A DNA stretch of 44,275 bases from a virus. Lineage: Duplodnaviria > Caudoviricetes. A program made the translations under genes and the position numbers. The notes beneath the pieces are model-generated. The model made no database searches. It was not told where the DNA came from and worked only from the letters and a program-made list of their open reading frames with translations. Location of the stretch: IMG/VR virus record IMGVR_UViG_3300032295_004070, positions 1 to 44,275 of that record. One strand, written 5' to 3'. Positions 25,739-35,103 of the stretch are shown here, piece by piece (positions within the stretch are counted from its first letter, which is position 1; each line of letters opens with the position of its first letter).

Positions 25739-26146
25739 TTAGTATTTTTCAAAAAATTCTAATGTTTGTTGATTGGTAGGTTGTTTTTGAGATTTTTTCA
25801 AACCATCATATTTTTTCTTATTATCTTCAAATTCCTTTTTATATTTATTGACACTATCTTTGAGTCTTTTGGAATTTTTTTCTTGTTTTTCGATAAGTCC
25901 TTTCCATTTTGCAACCTCATCCTTTAAATCTTGACGTTCCTTTGTCAAAACCAAAATTTTTTGTTCTGCTTCTTTTATTTTCGGTTGTAAAGAATCACTC
26001 CTTGATTCTAGATTTTCAATGTCCTCTTTGTATTTCTTATTACAATTTTCAAGTTCAGTAATGTGTTTACCCAAATAATGATAAACTGCCCAACCTATCA
26101 AAATAAGACCAAGCACCACAAAAATAATTGTTAAAATATTTTTCAT
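25739..26146 (-). CDS. N-terminal TM, coiled-coil protein (i-spanin-like candidate)
   Basis: Start re-assigned to MKNILTIIFVVLGLILIGWAVY; heptad-rich remainder. Confidence 0.6.
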   Translation of the reverse strand: MKNILTIIFVVLGLILIGWAVYHYLGKHITELENCNKKYKEDIENLESRSDSLQPKIKEAEQKILVLTKERQDLKDEVAKWKGLIEKQEKNSKRLKDSVNKYKKEFEDNKKKYDGLKKSQKQPTNQQTLEFFEKY

Positions 26147-26211
26147 TTCTAAATATTTATTCTTACCTTTGTATATATAAACAATAAGCCATTCCAAAAA
26201 ATATATAAAGT

Positions 26212-26493
26212 ATGTCAACATTTACTAAAGAACAAACATCTACACAAATTGAGGAAATTTTGAGTAAACCTTATAAACTCACCCTCCATAATGATGATTA
26301 TAATACGTTTGAGCATGTGATTAATTGCCTTATGAAATATTGTAATCATGGTCTTGAGCAGGCTAATCAATGTGCCCATATCGTACATTTCGTTGGAAAA
26401 TGTGATGTTAAACACGGTGACCACAATACCATCAATAAAATGTACGATAAACTTAAATCTAATGGTCTAACTGTAACAATCGAACTAGTATGA
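26212..26493 (+). CDS. clpS: ATP-dependent Clp protease adaptor ClpS
   Basis: LHNDDYNTFEHVINCL...EQANQCAHIVHFVGKCDVK...GLTV. Confidence 0.93.
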   Translation: MSTFTKEQTSTQIEEILSKPYKLTLHNDDYNTFEHVINCLMKYCNHGLEQANQCAHIVHFVGKCDVKHGDHNTINKMYDKLKSNGLTVTIELV

Positions 26494-26645
26494 AAAACAA
26501 CCTTAATCTCCTCGATGAATTCCTCGGCGAAGTGAAATCAAATCAAGAAACTCTTAAACCAAGTTTTTGGGATAGACTCTTTGGAACACCAAAACCAAAG
26601 CAACCAAAAAAGTCACCTAGTTCCACCAAGTCTTTGTGGAATTAA
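26490..26645 (+). CDS. small hypothetical protein (51 aa, not in ORF track)
   Basis: ATGA overlap with the clpS stop; MKNNLNLLDEFLGEVKSNQETLKPSFWDRLFGTPKPKQ...; 29-nt convergent overlap with terminase. Confidence 0.4.
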   Translation: MKNNLNLLDEFLGEVKSNQETLKPSFWDRLFGTPKPKQPKKSPSSTKSLWN

Positions 26646-28755
26646 GTTTGACTTGTTGACTCAATCTTCTTCTTCTATTAACATTTATTAGGGACTGATA
26701 ATCGGTCCCTTCTGTTATTTCTTGCTTACCCAAATATGACTTAAAAAGTGTTAATTTACTTGGTTCAACTAATTTAGGGGCATGGTCCTCTACCATTTCT
26801 TTATAATCATATCTTGAAAATACACTTGACATATTAACAAGTGTCATTACAGTATCATCATGTCCCATATCTGCAGCATATCTGATGTTTCCAGATGATG
26901 TTATGTGTTTTACAAAACTTGTTATCTCTCTAATATTATCTTCGTTGTTAAGTATTATGAACTTTTTATCCATACTGTCTTGGTAATCTTTGACTAGCAT
27001 ATTCTTGTTCTCCCCAACTTTCAATCCAACCTTTTCTTCCGTTGCATCAGCTCTGTGTTTATATCTGAAAAAGACCGACGAACCATAATTATTATTACCA
27101 TCAAATAACCCTGGTAGATGGGCCAAAAACTCATTACCATAATTATTGAGTTCTAAAACCACTTTAAAGTTTTCATAATTAAAATATTCGAAAACTAAAA
27201 CATAGAATACCTCCGCCAACTGTTTAACGGAAACTAGGTTTGACCTAAACATACCAATCTGTTCCAAACAAAAGAAATCAGAAATGTTTGTATAAATATT
27301 TTTTTGACTTTCTATAATATGGTCTTCTTTTGGAGATATTTTAAAAATATTTATTATTGAATAATCTTGACCCAACCCTTCCGAAATATCGACAGAAATA
27401 ACACCCTTGATTGATTTTCTATCAATTGGTGAAAATACCGAATCATCGTCAATCCATTTCAAATCTTCATAAGAAAACTTTAACCTCATATCGAACTCAT
27501 CCAATGGTTCATATACATAGTTTTTCTTATTATTCAGGAGAGATTCTATCAAATGTTCACTAAGTAAACTCCTTGTTGCATTTACAAATCTCAATCCATA
27601 TTCTTGGTTGAATGCATCTTCACCACCGATATCTTTAATAGCTTCCTCTTTCCAAGTAGTAACCTCACAAAGTGCCGATATGGGCACCTCCTCACCGTTT
27701 GATAAAAGAATCTTTGTTGATTTTGCCATTTGGTCTGAACACATATCATTGTTATACACATAGATTACATCCTTCACCAAATCACTATTAAATCTCATTT
27801 CAACTTTGGTAATACTTGAATATTGGTTTTCCACTTGTTCTAAGAGTTCAGTCTTTGTGATTCCCTTTTCATACATCTTATGATTATTTAATCTAAAATG
27901 AGTGACAAATCTACCAGGCACTTGATACCAATATACTCTTTTTGCTTTGTAGTTGTTTTTTAATGGGTCTCCATCTGGTCTTTCGGCATCTATCAACAAT
28001 TTATAAAATAGATTCATACCGTTTGGTGTAGATGTGATAACAATTTTGGAGTTTTCGATTGCAGATACCACTGGAAATACCGCAGTATAGTATGGTTCTA
28101 TAATATTTGATGGGATATGGGCAAACTCATCAAGGTAAAGAAAGTCAATAGTAAAACCAATCGCTGGTGTTTTACTCCTCGCAGCTGATTTTATTCTACA
28201 ACCATTCTCAAATATGATGGTTCTTTGGTTCCAGTTTTTAAGACCAACTTTCAAGAAAAAGGGCAGTTGTTGGTAAATAGATTTTATCTTATCAATAATT
28301 TCAACTGTTGTGCTAGCTATGTTTGCAACAATCATAATGTTCTTATCGTTATTGAATGTCACATAATGAAGCATCGTAATGGCAGCATTGATAGTTTTTC
28401 CTATCTGTCGAGAACCCATTAGAATACTAAATCTGTTTTTAGTATAAAGGTCTAAAATCTCTTTTTGGTATTCCCTAAGTTTAATGTTTTGAATCGATCC
28501 GTCCTCGGTCTTTATTCTACAATATTTTTCTGCAAAGTAATGTATATCAATTTTACATCTGATGTACTCTTGAATCTCATCATCAGCCATCTTGAAAGTC
28601 AGTCCAGACTTTCTCAATCCGATTTCACTCGAAAACCATGGGTTTTGAAATCTTTTTATAACAACCCCATCGTTGATTTTTTGAGTTATATCATCAACGA
28701 TTCTAGTATCGAATATAAATTTTCTTTCTTCCACATTCTCTTTTGTTTGAGCCAT
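26617..28755 (-). CDS. gp17: terminase large subunit (T4 gp17-like)
   Basis: LREYQ, Walker A SRQIGKT, Walker B YLDEFAH, TSTPNG, VDISEGLGQDYS, LELN, GHDDTVM. Start re-assigned to MAQTK. Confidence 0.95.
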   Translation of the reverse strand: MAQTKENVEERKFIFDTRIVDDITQKINDGVVIKRFQNPWFSSEIGLRKSGLTFKMADDEIQEYIRCKIDIHYFAEKYCRIKTEDGSIQNIKLREYQKEILDLYTKNRFSILMGSRQIGKTINAAITMLHYVTFNNDKNIMIVANIASTTVEIIDKIKSIYQQLPFFLKVGLKNWNQRTIIFENGCRIKSAARSKTPAIGFTIDFLYLDEFAHIPSNIIEPYYTAVFPVVSAIENSKIVITSTPNGMNLFYKLLIDAERPDGDPLKNNYKAKRVYWYQVPGRFVTHFRLNNHKMYEKGITKTELLEQVENQYSSITKVEMRFNSDLVKDVIYVYNNDMCSDQMAKSTKILLSNGEEVPISALCEVTTWKEEAIKDIGGEDAFNQEYGLRFVNATRSLLSEHLIESLLNNKKNYVYEPLDEFDMRLKFSYEDLKWIDDDSVFSPIDRKSIKGVISVDISEGLGQDYSIINIFKISPKEDHIIESQKNIYTNISDFFCLEQIGMFRSNLVSVKQLAEVFYVLVFEYFNYENFKVVLELNNYGNEFLAHLPGLFDGNNNYGSSVFFRYKHRADATEEKVGLKVGENKNMLVKDYQDSMDKKFIILNNEDNIREITSFVKHITSSGNIRYAADMGHDDTVMTLVNMSSVFSRYDYKEMVEDHAPKLVEPSKLTLFKSYLGKQEITEGTDYQSLINVNRRRRLSQQVKLNSTKTWWN

Positions 28756-28801
28756 GAGATTAGATGTTTTTTGATATATATGGAAAATTTTCAAGGCTCG
28801 T

Positions 28802-29413
28802 ATGAGTAAAAAAGAGGAAAAAATAACGAATTTGAAAGAAGAGTTTCAAAAAATACAAGAGGAAAACAAAGATTTGGACGTTAGTAAATACCTTGCCAAA
28901 AGGGAGGATTTGCCTGATTTGGGAGAAATACAAATCTATGATTACGATAAAGATTCGGATGAAAGTAAGGAACAAGCTGAAGAGGTTTTGACAGCATTAA
29001 CTGAACTTTATTTCGGTGATAATCCAGAAATACTTAATAATAAGTATATGACTATGAAGATGAAGGAAGATGCCCAAGTCTACGCCGAGACAATATTTCT
29101 ACAAAGAATGACAAGGAAAAACTTTTTAACTCAGTTGAGACAAGTAGACAATGGAGATAGTTCAGCCAGGATGCATGAGGTCGTGAACCAATCTATCTCA
29201 CAAATAAGGGATAATATCAAGTTTGCACAAAGTCAGAGGACTGAACTTGAGAAATATTACAGAGAAATCAGAAAAGACTATGATACTTTGATGGATAATA
29301 TCCAACAACAAAATATCGAAAAGGGAATTGATACAGAAAAACAAGACGGTAAAATAGTTGATTCTAGGAGTCTAAATGATATGATTGAAAAAATGCTTAA
29401 GAATAAGGATTAA
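28802..29413 (+). CDS. putative terminase small subunit (gp16-like)
   Basis: SARMHEVV helix resembling the gp16 PR.YEV motif; divergent from the large subunit. Confidence 0.5.
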   Translation: MSKKEEKITNLKEEFQKIQEENKDLDVSKYLAKREDLPDLGEIQIYDYDKDSDESKEQAEEVLTALTELYFGDNPEILNNKYMTMKMKEDAQVYAETIFLQRMTRKNFLTQLRQVDNGDSSARMHEVVNQSISQIRDNIKFAQSQRTELEKYYREIRKDYDTLMDNIQQQNIEKGIDTEKQDGKIVDSRSLNDMIEKMLKNKD

Positions 29414-30248
29414 AGTTTTCAAACTGTTTTATTATTTTAGAAATATTTAAAACTACTTTTTCTTGAGTTTCTTTTGACATATTATTATCATTTACTCTGT
29501 GGATGAATATTTGTGGTTTATTATCAATAACATCTTCCTTAATAACATCTTGTAATCCTGGTTCGGTCTTTGCTACTAAAAACTCCAATGTATTATTGAT
29601 TTCACTCTTTATCCTCATTGTATCCAATGACTTATCCCAATAATGGATTTTATCATATCTTGTTATTTCCTCATCACTGAATTTTTTCTCATCAGTTTTA
29701 TAACCAACAAGGTGTTGTATAAGTAAACGGATTTTTTTAAAAAGTATTTCATCATTATTTTGGTTCATAAAGTTTTCAGAGATAAAATAATAATTCTTTA
29801 TTGATAATCCTCTTTTTGTAAACTCTTCATTAATTTTCTCAATTAGTTTTTCATGACTCCTTTTTACTTGTTTTGAGCAAACAATATAAATATCATCGGT
29901 TTTATTTTTTAACAACTCCAATACATCATCTCTGATTTCAAAGTTTTTTTCTGATATTATATCTTTATTTAAAAACTCTTGTAAAGATATGGCTAAATCT
30001 CCCATATTAATGTCTAAAACTTTAGATTTGACTTTGATTTGATTCATTAGTTCATTGGATAGATAATAAGTTTTACCCATAAAATCAACTTTATTTCCAA
30101 GTTTTTTGAAAATACCATTCTTAATCAAATTGAAATCAGATTGTGATATTTTGATAATTGGTTGATTGGCATTTGCTTTATTGACAATCCAAACTTGGCT
30201 TTCCATCTTAACCAAGGCATCTAAGTCTATAAAATTAGCAATATTCAT
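29397..30248 (-). CDS. HAD-like hypothetical protein
   Basis: FIDLD motif I, IYIVCS motif II, IHYWD motif IV (divergent). Confidence 0.5.
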   Translation of the reverse strand: MNIANFIDLDALVKMESQVWIVNKANANQPIIKISQSDFNLIKNGIFKKLGNKVDFMGKTYYLSNELMNQIKVKSKVLDINMGDLAISLQEFLNKDIISEKNFEIRDDVLELLKNKTDDIYIVCSKQVKRSHEKLIEKINEEFTKRGLSIKNYYFISENFMNQNNDEILFKKIRLLIQHLVGYKTDEKKFSDEEITRYDKIHYWDKSLDTMRIKSEINNTLEFLVAKTEPGLQDVIKEDVIDNKPQIFIHRVNDNNMSKETQEKVVLNISKIIKQFENFNPYS

Positions 30249-30266
30249 ATAGGTATATATTTAAAT

Positions 30267-30299
30267 AAAAAACCCCACAGATTTGTGGGGTTTATTTTT
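30267..30299. terminator. intrinsic terminator
   Basis: A6, CCCCACA-gatt-TGTGGGG, T-rich tail. Confidence 0.85.
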
Positions 30300-30732
30300 A
30301 TCTTATAAAGTTTTTAGTTAATGCAAACTCATATAATGTAGGTAGGTTCAGATACTCGATAAAACCTGTTCTTATATCATCAAAGGTTTTTGATTTTTTT
30401 ATAATCCATCTTATTATAAATTCAAACTCATTTGCAAACTCATCATCACATTCCATCCAACTTTTTTTATAATTTACTTGTTTAATCCATTCTACATCTC
30501 CGCCTGATAACCAATATAAACATTTCCTTGGGTCTATATCTTCTTGATTACTTTTGACCTCTGTATTCCAAATATTACCATCTAAATCTTTTCTTCTCAT
30601 CATTAGTGAAACTGCTTCAGCCACATCATTTGTGACATAACCTCCAATTTCATAATAATCTTGATTTAAATTAATTGCCTCATACACTTCGATTTTTGAG
30701 TAATCTTGCCTAGTGTGTCTCTTCTTTCCCAT
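30298..30732 (-). CDS. hypothetical protein
   Basis: 144-aa ORF co-oriented with neighbours. Confidence 0.7.
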   Translation of the reverse strand: MGKKRHTRQDYSKIEVYEAINLNQDYYEIGGYVTNDVAEAVSLMMRRKDLDGNIWNTEVKSNQEDIDPRKCLYWLSGGDVEWIKQVNYKKSWMECDDEFANEFEFIIRWIIKKSKTFDDIRTGFIEYLNLPTLYEFALTKNFIR

Positions 30733-30748
30733 TTTTATGGATTATTTT

Positions 30749-31054
30749 TTATACCTCCACCAAATTGACACCACTTATGAATTTACCATGAAACTTACCA
30801 CCTTCAAATATACCATTTTCAAACACCCCATAAAATTCACCTGATTTGAAAATACCATAGTGCCAGTGACCTGAGTAATACACTCCATCATGCCAAATTA
30901 AAGTATTGTTTTTGATTTCGATTTTACAAGACTCGACCTCCGAGTCTATCAACCAATGAAAATTGTTAGCCTCAAGTATTCTGTTCTGTTCGTTTAGATC
31001 AGTTATTACTTGACTATTATAAATGAAATGACTATAACGCATAAATAAATACAT
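30749..31054 (-). CDS. hypothetical protein with Gx(W/F/Y)xx short repeats
   Basis: WHDGVYYSGHWHYGIFKSGEFYGVFENGIFEGGKFHGKFISG. Confidence 0.7.
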   Translation of the reverse strand: MYLFMRYSHFIYNSQVITDLNEQNRILEANNFHWLIDSEVESCKIEIKNNTLIWHDGVYYSGHWHYGIFKSGEFYGVFENGIFEGGKFHGKFISGVNLVEV

Positions 31055-31129
31055 GATTATATATTTTACCCAGAATGCGTTCTTTATTTTTCCCGTGATT
31101 TATTCGAAAAAAACAAAGTAAGAAGAAAA

Positions 31130-31498
31130 TTATTTAGAAAATCTTTTTAGAAACCTCATTTCGGTCGAATTTAATGAGCCAAGACCTGATGTACTAATCT
31201 TATCCAGTATTTGGTCCAAATCCAAAGTGGTTTTCTTGGAGGTTATAGGTTTTAGTTTATTAAGGTATTGTACGAAATCTGATATAAACTGTATTTCCTT
31301 GGTTCCTTTCGGAATGATGGCTAAGACAAAAAAGTTTGATGTGTCATAAAAAAACGTATCAATGGTTTCTTTATATGAGAAGAGTTTTGAAGGAGTGATT
31401 GAATCCTCAGATATTTCATTATCTGTCAGGAGTTTTTCACATTCCTCAACAGTCTTTATTTTGAATAAGTCTATTCTTATATAGCTTTTTGACCACAT
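31130..31498 (-). CDS. hypothetical protein with C-terminal DUF6576-like motif
   Basis: LDQILDKISTSGLGSLNSTEMRFL. Confidence 0.7.
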   Translation of the reverse strand: MWSKSYIRIDLFKIKTVEECEKLLTDNEISEDSITPSKLFSYKETIDTFFYDTSNFFVLAIIPKGTKEIQFISDFVQYLNKLKPITSKKTTLDLDQILDKISTSGLGSLNSTEMRFLKRFSK

Positions 31499-31590
31499 AT
31501 TTATTTTATTAAGATTTCTTTTATTGTTTCAAAAATCTATTTTTTTCTAAAGACTCATTTTTATATATAGTTAAAATCTAAATCCTAAAA

Positions 31591-34392
31591 ATGCGATATT
31601 TACATAAGAGGTCGGAATTTCTAAAATCGAGAAATGAAACATTTACAAATGAAAAATTACATAATCAGATAAAATCATCAAGTTTAATTAATGAAACATT
31701 TGAAAATAACATTACTTGGGGAGAATCCCTACTCGGAAGGTTGATAAACTCAACTATAAGGGTTGCAAAGATTTATGTAAAGACGGCTTTGATATCAAGA
31801 CAAATCTCCGCATTGGAAACGGCTCTAAATGACCTTTTGGTAATATGTAGAACCAGTGAAGAAGAAAGGGTAAAAATATCATTAACTAAAATTCAGTTCT
31901 TATTGGAAGACATTATTAAGATAGTGAACTCCGACGAATCTGTTGAGAGTAAAGTAGCTAAGTTATTAGGTGACGACAATGAGACAAATCCTGGTATGAT
32001 TCAAACAACTATAAATGTGATAGAAAAAACCGAAGATGTTCCAGATAAAGAAATATTAATAGAAAAACTAAAAGCTTTCAAAGAGTCTTTGAAAACACTC
32101 GCTGAAAACATAGACGAACTACCAGAAGATGATGAGGGTGAAGAAGCTCAGGCTCAAGGCGGAGAGGATACAGAAGAAGGTGGAGGGAAATCCATATCCA
32201 CACAATTTCAATTTAGTGTTATTACACTTTTTAAATCTTTGATTGCACTACATAATGTTATTAAAAATAAAAGAGTCAGTGCGGAAGGAGATGAAACTCC
32301 TGAGACAGGTTTTACCAAATCAAAACAAGTAATCTATACCGACCCTAAAGGGAGACAAATGAAAGCTGTGGTATTAAGTGTAGACCACCCAATTACTGGC
32401 CCAGGCGCAGATAAAATATTTTTGACTGATGATGATGTAATTGATTCTACCAAATCGATAGAGCCGAAAATATTAATAGCTATTAAAAATCCAAAAACAG
32501 ATAAAATTGACATAACATCTAAGAGGATATTAGTTGACCCAAAAACATTGAAAAATGAATCATTTGTTTTTGAAAATGCTGATGAGTTGAAACAAAAACA
32601 AATTCAAGCAAAGACAGGTTGGAAAAAAATACAAAGAGAGTATGTTAATTCAAACTTAGCAAGTCAAATACCTCTTATGGAAAAACTTATCAAAATGCGT
32701 CAACAAAGTGACAAATCAGCATTTGGATTGATGAGGTCTTTGATGAAACAAGTTTTTGCAAATGAAAAAACTGAAGGAAAAATAATCAGTTTCCAAGAGC
32801 TAATCAAAGAAAATATAAACATTTTACAAACTGAGTTCAAGACTCTACCCAAAGTGATTTCTCTTATGTCTCGTATAATAATGGCATTCAAAAACGAAAT
32901 GGGATTATTGCAACATTTAGGGGAGGCACAAAAACCCCTAGAATCTTTCATAAACTCATATACCAAGTTAAAAGAAATAATACCTAATCTATCGGAAGAA
33001 AATCCAAAAGAGAAACCAGCTGAAAAGGAAGAGGTAAATCCAGAAAAAAATGAATCGATGAGATTATTTGAAGCGGATGAAACTCAAGATGAAGAGGGTC
33101 AAGATGATGAGGAAGAAAGTGGAGATGATGATGTGAAATCAGCATGGAGAGAACAATTTTCAGAAGAAGAAGAAAAGAAATATGCTGTAAATGAAAAATC
33201 AGCTCAAGAGTTACAAAATGCGGTAGATGGAAATAAGAAAGCTACTATCAATATTACTGATGATAAGCAATATGATAAGATTTTAGAAATAGTAGAAATA
33301 TTCGGAAGGGCTTATAGATTATATGCCGTCCGTAGGATTCCTTCTGGTAGACCAAACATGATGATTTCTCAAAAAACATTTAGGGAATACGAATACATCG
33401 GAAAGGGTGATAATGAACCTAGATGGAGTGAGGACGCAGGACCGGATGGTGGACCTTGGGCGGTCGTCACAACATATGAAAAGTGGCAAAATGGAGTTAT
33501 GAAGCTCCTCAGAAATACCGAGTATAGGAAATTCCTAGCAAATAGTGAGTTTGTAAATACTGGTCCTAATCAAGAAAAGGGATCTGGTCCAACTTTATTC
33601 CAATTCATAAATGATATGTTAAATGAGGGTGGTGAGGATTCTAACTTTAGACAAAGGAGACACAGATTGTTATCAAAATATTTCGGAGCAAATGCTAAAG
33701 GGTTGGAAGATGAATCTGGTTCTGGTGAACCAAATGAAAATCCACCAATATCTACAGATGATGCTGGTGAACCAAATGTTTTGACTAGATTGGGTAGTCA
33801 GAAAAGGTTTTTTGAAGTGAAAGATATAAGAGATGATTATAAGAATAAATTTTTTATTCTCACTGGTAAAGATAAAATTTCCGGACAGTCATTACAATTA
33901 CTTACATTTTTTGATATTTACCCTAACCCAGCTGATTTAAACAATAAAAAAGTTTTGGTAATGAAATTTCAACAAACTGCACCAAGTAGAAAATTTAAAC
34001 AAAGTATTCTAACATCATATTTGGATAAACAATTGAATGTTGATAAAAAATTAAAACTATCTCCAGATATTTTTGAATTCTCAGCATCGTTACCAATAAA
34101 TATTGGAGTAGTAGAGTTTGAAAGAACAAAAATATTTGAGATAAATCAAGTAACAAAGATAAAGTATCTAAAAGCAAGAACTTTAAAGACTGATAACCCT
34201 AAGGAAATAGATTTTTTAGTTAATAAAATAGAATTCGTTGGATATACAAAAGAAGATAAAAAGTCTCTAGAAGCTGCAATTTCAAATCGTAATGACGCAA
34301 AGTTATTAGCAAATGATTTGGATGAGGGTTCAATACTAACTTACATAAAATCAGATTTAGGTAAAAATAAGTTCAAGTTAACAAAGAAATGA
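31591..34392 (+). CDS. large hypothetical protein, candidate internal virion protein
   Basis: 933 aa; late promoter; acidic linkers; several xNE/xFE sites. Confidence 0.75.
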   Translation: MRYLHKRSEFLKSRNETFTNEKLHNQIKSSSLINETFENNITWGESLLGRLINSTIRVAKIYVKTALISRQISALETALNDLLVICRTSEEERVKISLTKIQFLLEDIIKIVNSDESVESKVAKLLGDDNETNPGMIQTTINVIEKTEDVPDKEILIEKLKAFKESLKTLAENIDELPEDDEGEEAQAQGGEDTEEGGGKSISTQFQFSVITLFKSLIALHNVIKNKRVSAEGDETPETGFTKSKQVIYTDPKGRQMKAVVLSVDHPITGPGADKIFLTDDDVIDSTKSIEPKILIAIKNPKTDKIDITSKRILVDPKTLKNESFVFENADELKQKQIQAKTGWKKIQREYVNSNLASQIPLMEKLIKMRQQSDKSAFGLMRSLMKQVFANEKTEGKIISFQELIKENINILQTEFKTLPKVISLMSRIIMAFKNEMGLLQHLGEAQKPLESFINSYTKLKEIIPNLSEENPKEKPAEKEEVNPEKNESMRLFEADETQDEEGQDDEEESGDDDVKSAWREQFSEEEEKKYAVNEKSAQELQNAVDGNKKATINITDDKQYDKILEIVEIFGRAYRLYAVRRIPSGRPNMMISQKTFREYEYIGKGDNEPRWSEDAGPDGGPWAVVTTYEKWQNGVMKLLRNTEYRKFLANSEFVNTGPNQEKGSGPTLFQFINDMLNEGGEDSNFRQRRHRLLSKYFGANAKGLEDESGSGEPNENPPISTDDAGEPNVLTRLGSQKRFFEVKDIRDDYKNKFFILTGKDKISGQSLQLLTFFDIYPNPADLNNKKVLVMKFQQTAPSRKFKQSILTSYLDKQLNVDKKLKLSPDIFEFSASLPINIGVVEFERTKIFEINQVTKIKYLKARTLKTDNPKEIDFLVNKIEFVGYTKEDKKSLEAAISNRNDAKLLANDLDEGSILTYIKSDLGKNKFKLTKK

Positions 34393-34976
34393 TTAAGATA
34401 AAAAGGTATTCGGATTTTTTGAATGAGAAAATAATGGTGTCCAACACGGACAGTCCGGCAGTTGTTAATGATATCAATCAAGCAAATGAATTGGAAAATC
34501 ATATTAAAGAGTTCAATTCAAAAAAAACGAACTTAGAAAATATCTATAATCAAGATCTTGATGAAATGCAACTTATAGAACAGTTGAAGCGTGGTGGATT
34601 TATTCTCGCGACAACTAATAAAAAAGATATGAAATTTGAAAATCCCATTTTAGGAAAATACGCTCAAGTCTGTGATTTAAAAAAACAAGTCAACAACTTA
34701 ACAAAAAAAATGGGCGATGTTGATACAAAAATGAAAGAAAAAGAATTACAACTAAAAGACAATCCAAGCGATGGGGTCAATATTGCCGAAGAAAAAAAAT
34801 CAATAATGACTGAAAAGGAGGATATCAAAAAAAGATTGGATTCTATAAAAGCAGAAGCGGATAGACAAGAGAGGGAGGTTATGGTTTATTTGAAAGAAAT
34901 TGAGACCGACCTTAATAAAGGAAAGAAAAATATAAGTCAATCTAGGGTGACTTTATCTAAGGCATCTGACAAATAA
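34389..34976 (+). CDS. coiled-coil hypothetical protein
   Basis: ATGA overlap; leader IKRYSDFLNE. Confidence 0.75.
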   Translation: MIKIKRYSDFLNEKIMVSNTDSPAVVNDINQANELENHIKEFNSKKTNLENIYNQDLDEMQLIEQLKRGGFILATTNKKDMKFENPILGKYAQVCDLKKQVNNLTKKMGDVDTKMKEKELQLKDNPSDGVNIAEEKKSIMTEKEDIKKRLDSIKAEADRQEREVMVYLKEIETDLNKGKKNISQSRVTLSKASDK

Positions 34977-35103
34977 TTAAAATTGATAATTTATCATTTT
35001 AACAAGGAATATATAGTTTAATGAAATATAGAGGAAGAAAAAATGGATAAAATTCGTTTTTTTCTTTTTATATATACATTAAAATAAAAAAAAAGTAAAT
35101 ACT

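Noticed and set aside
26617-28755. Functional intein or intron in the terminase
   Set aside because: Continuous ORF; the insert lacks Cys/Ser1, TxxH and HN-C/S/T splice motifs.
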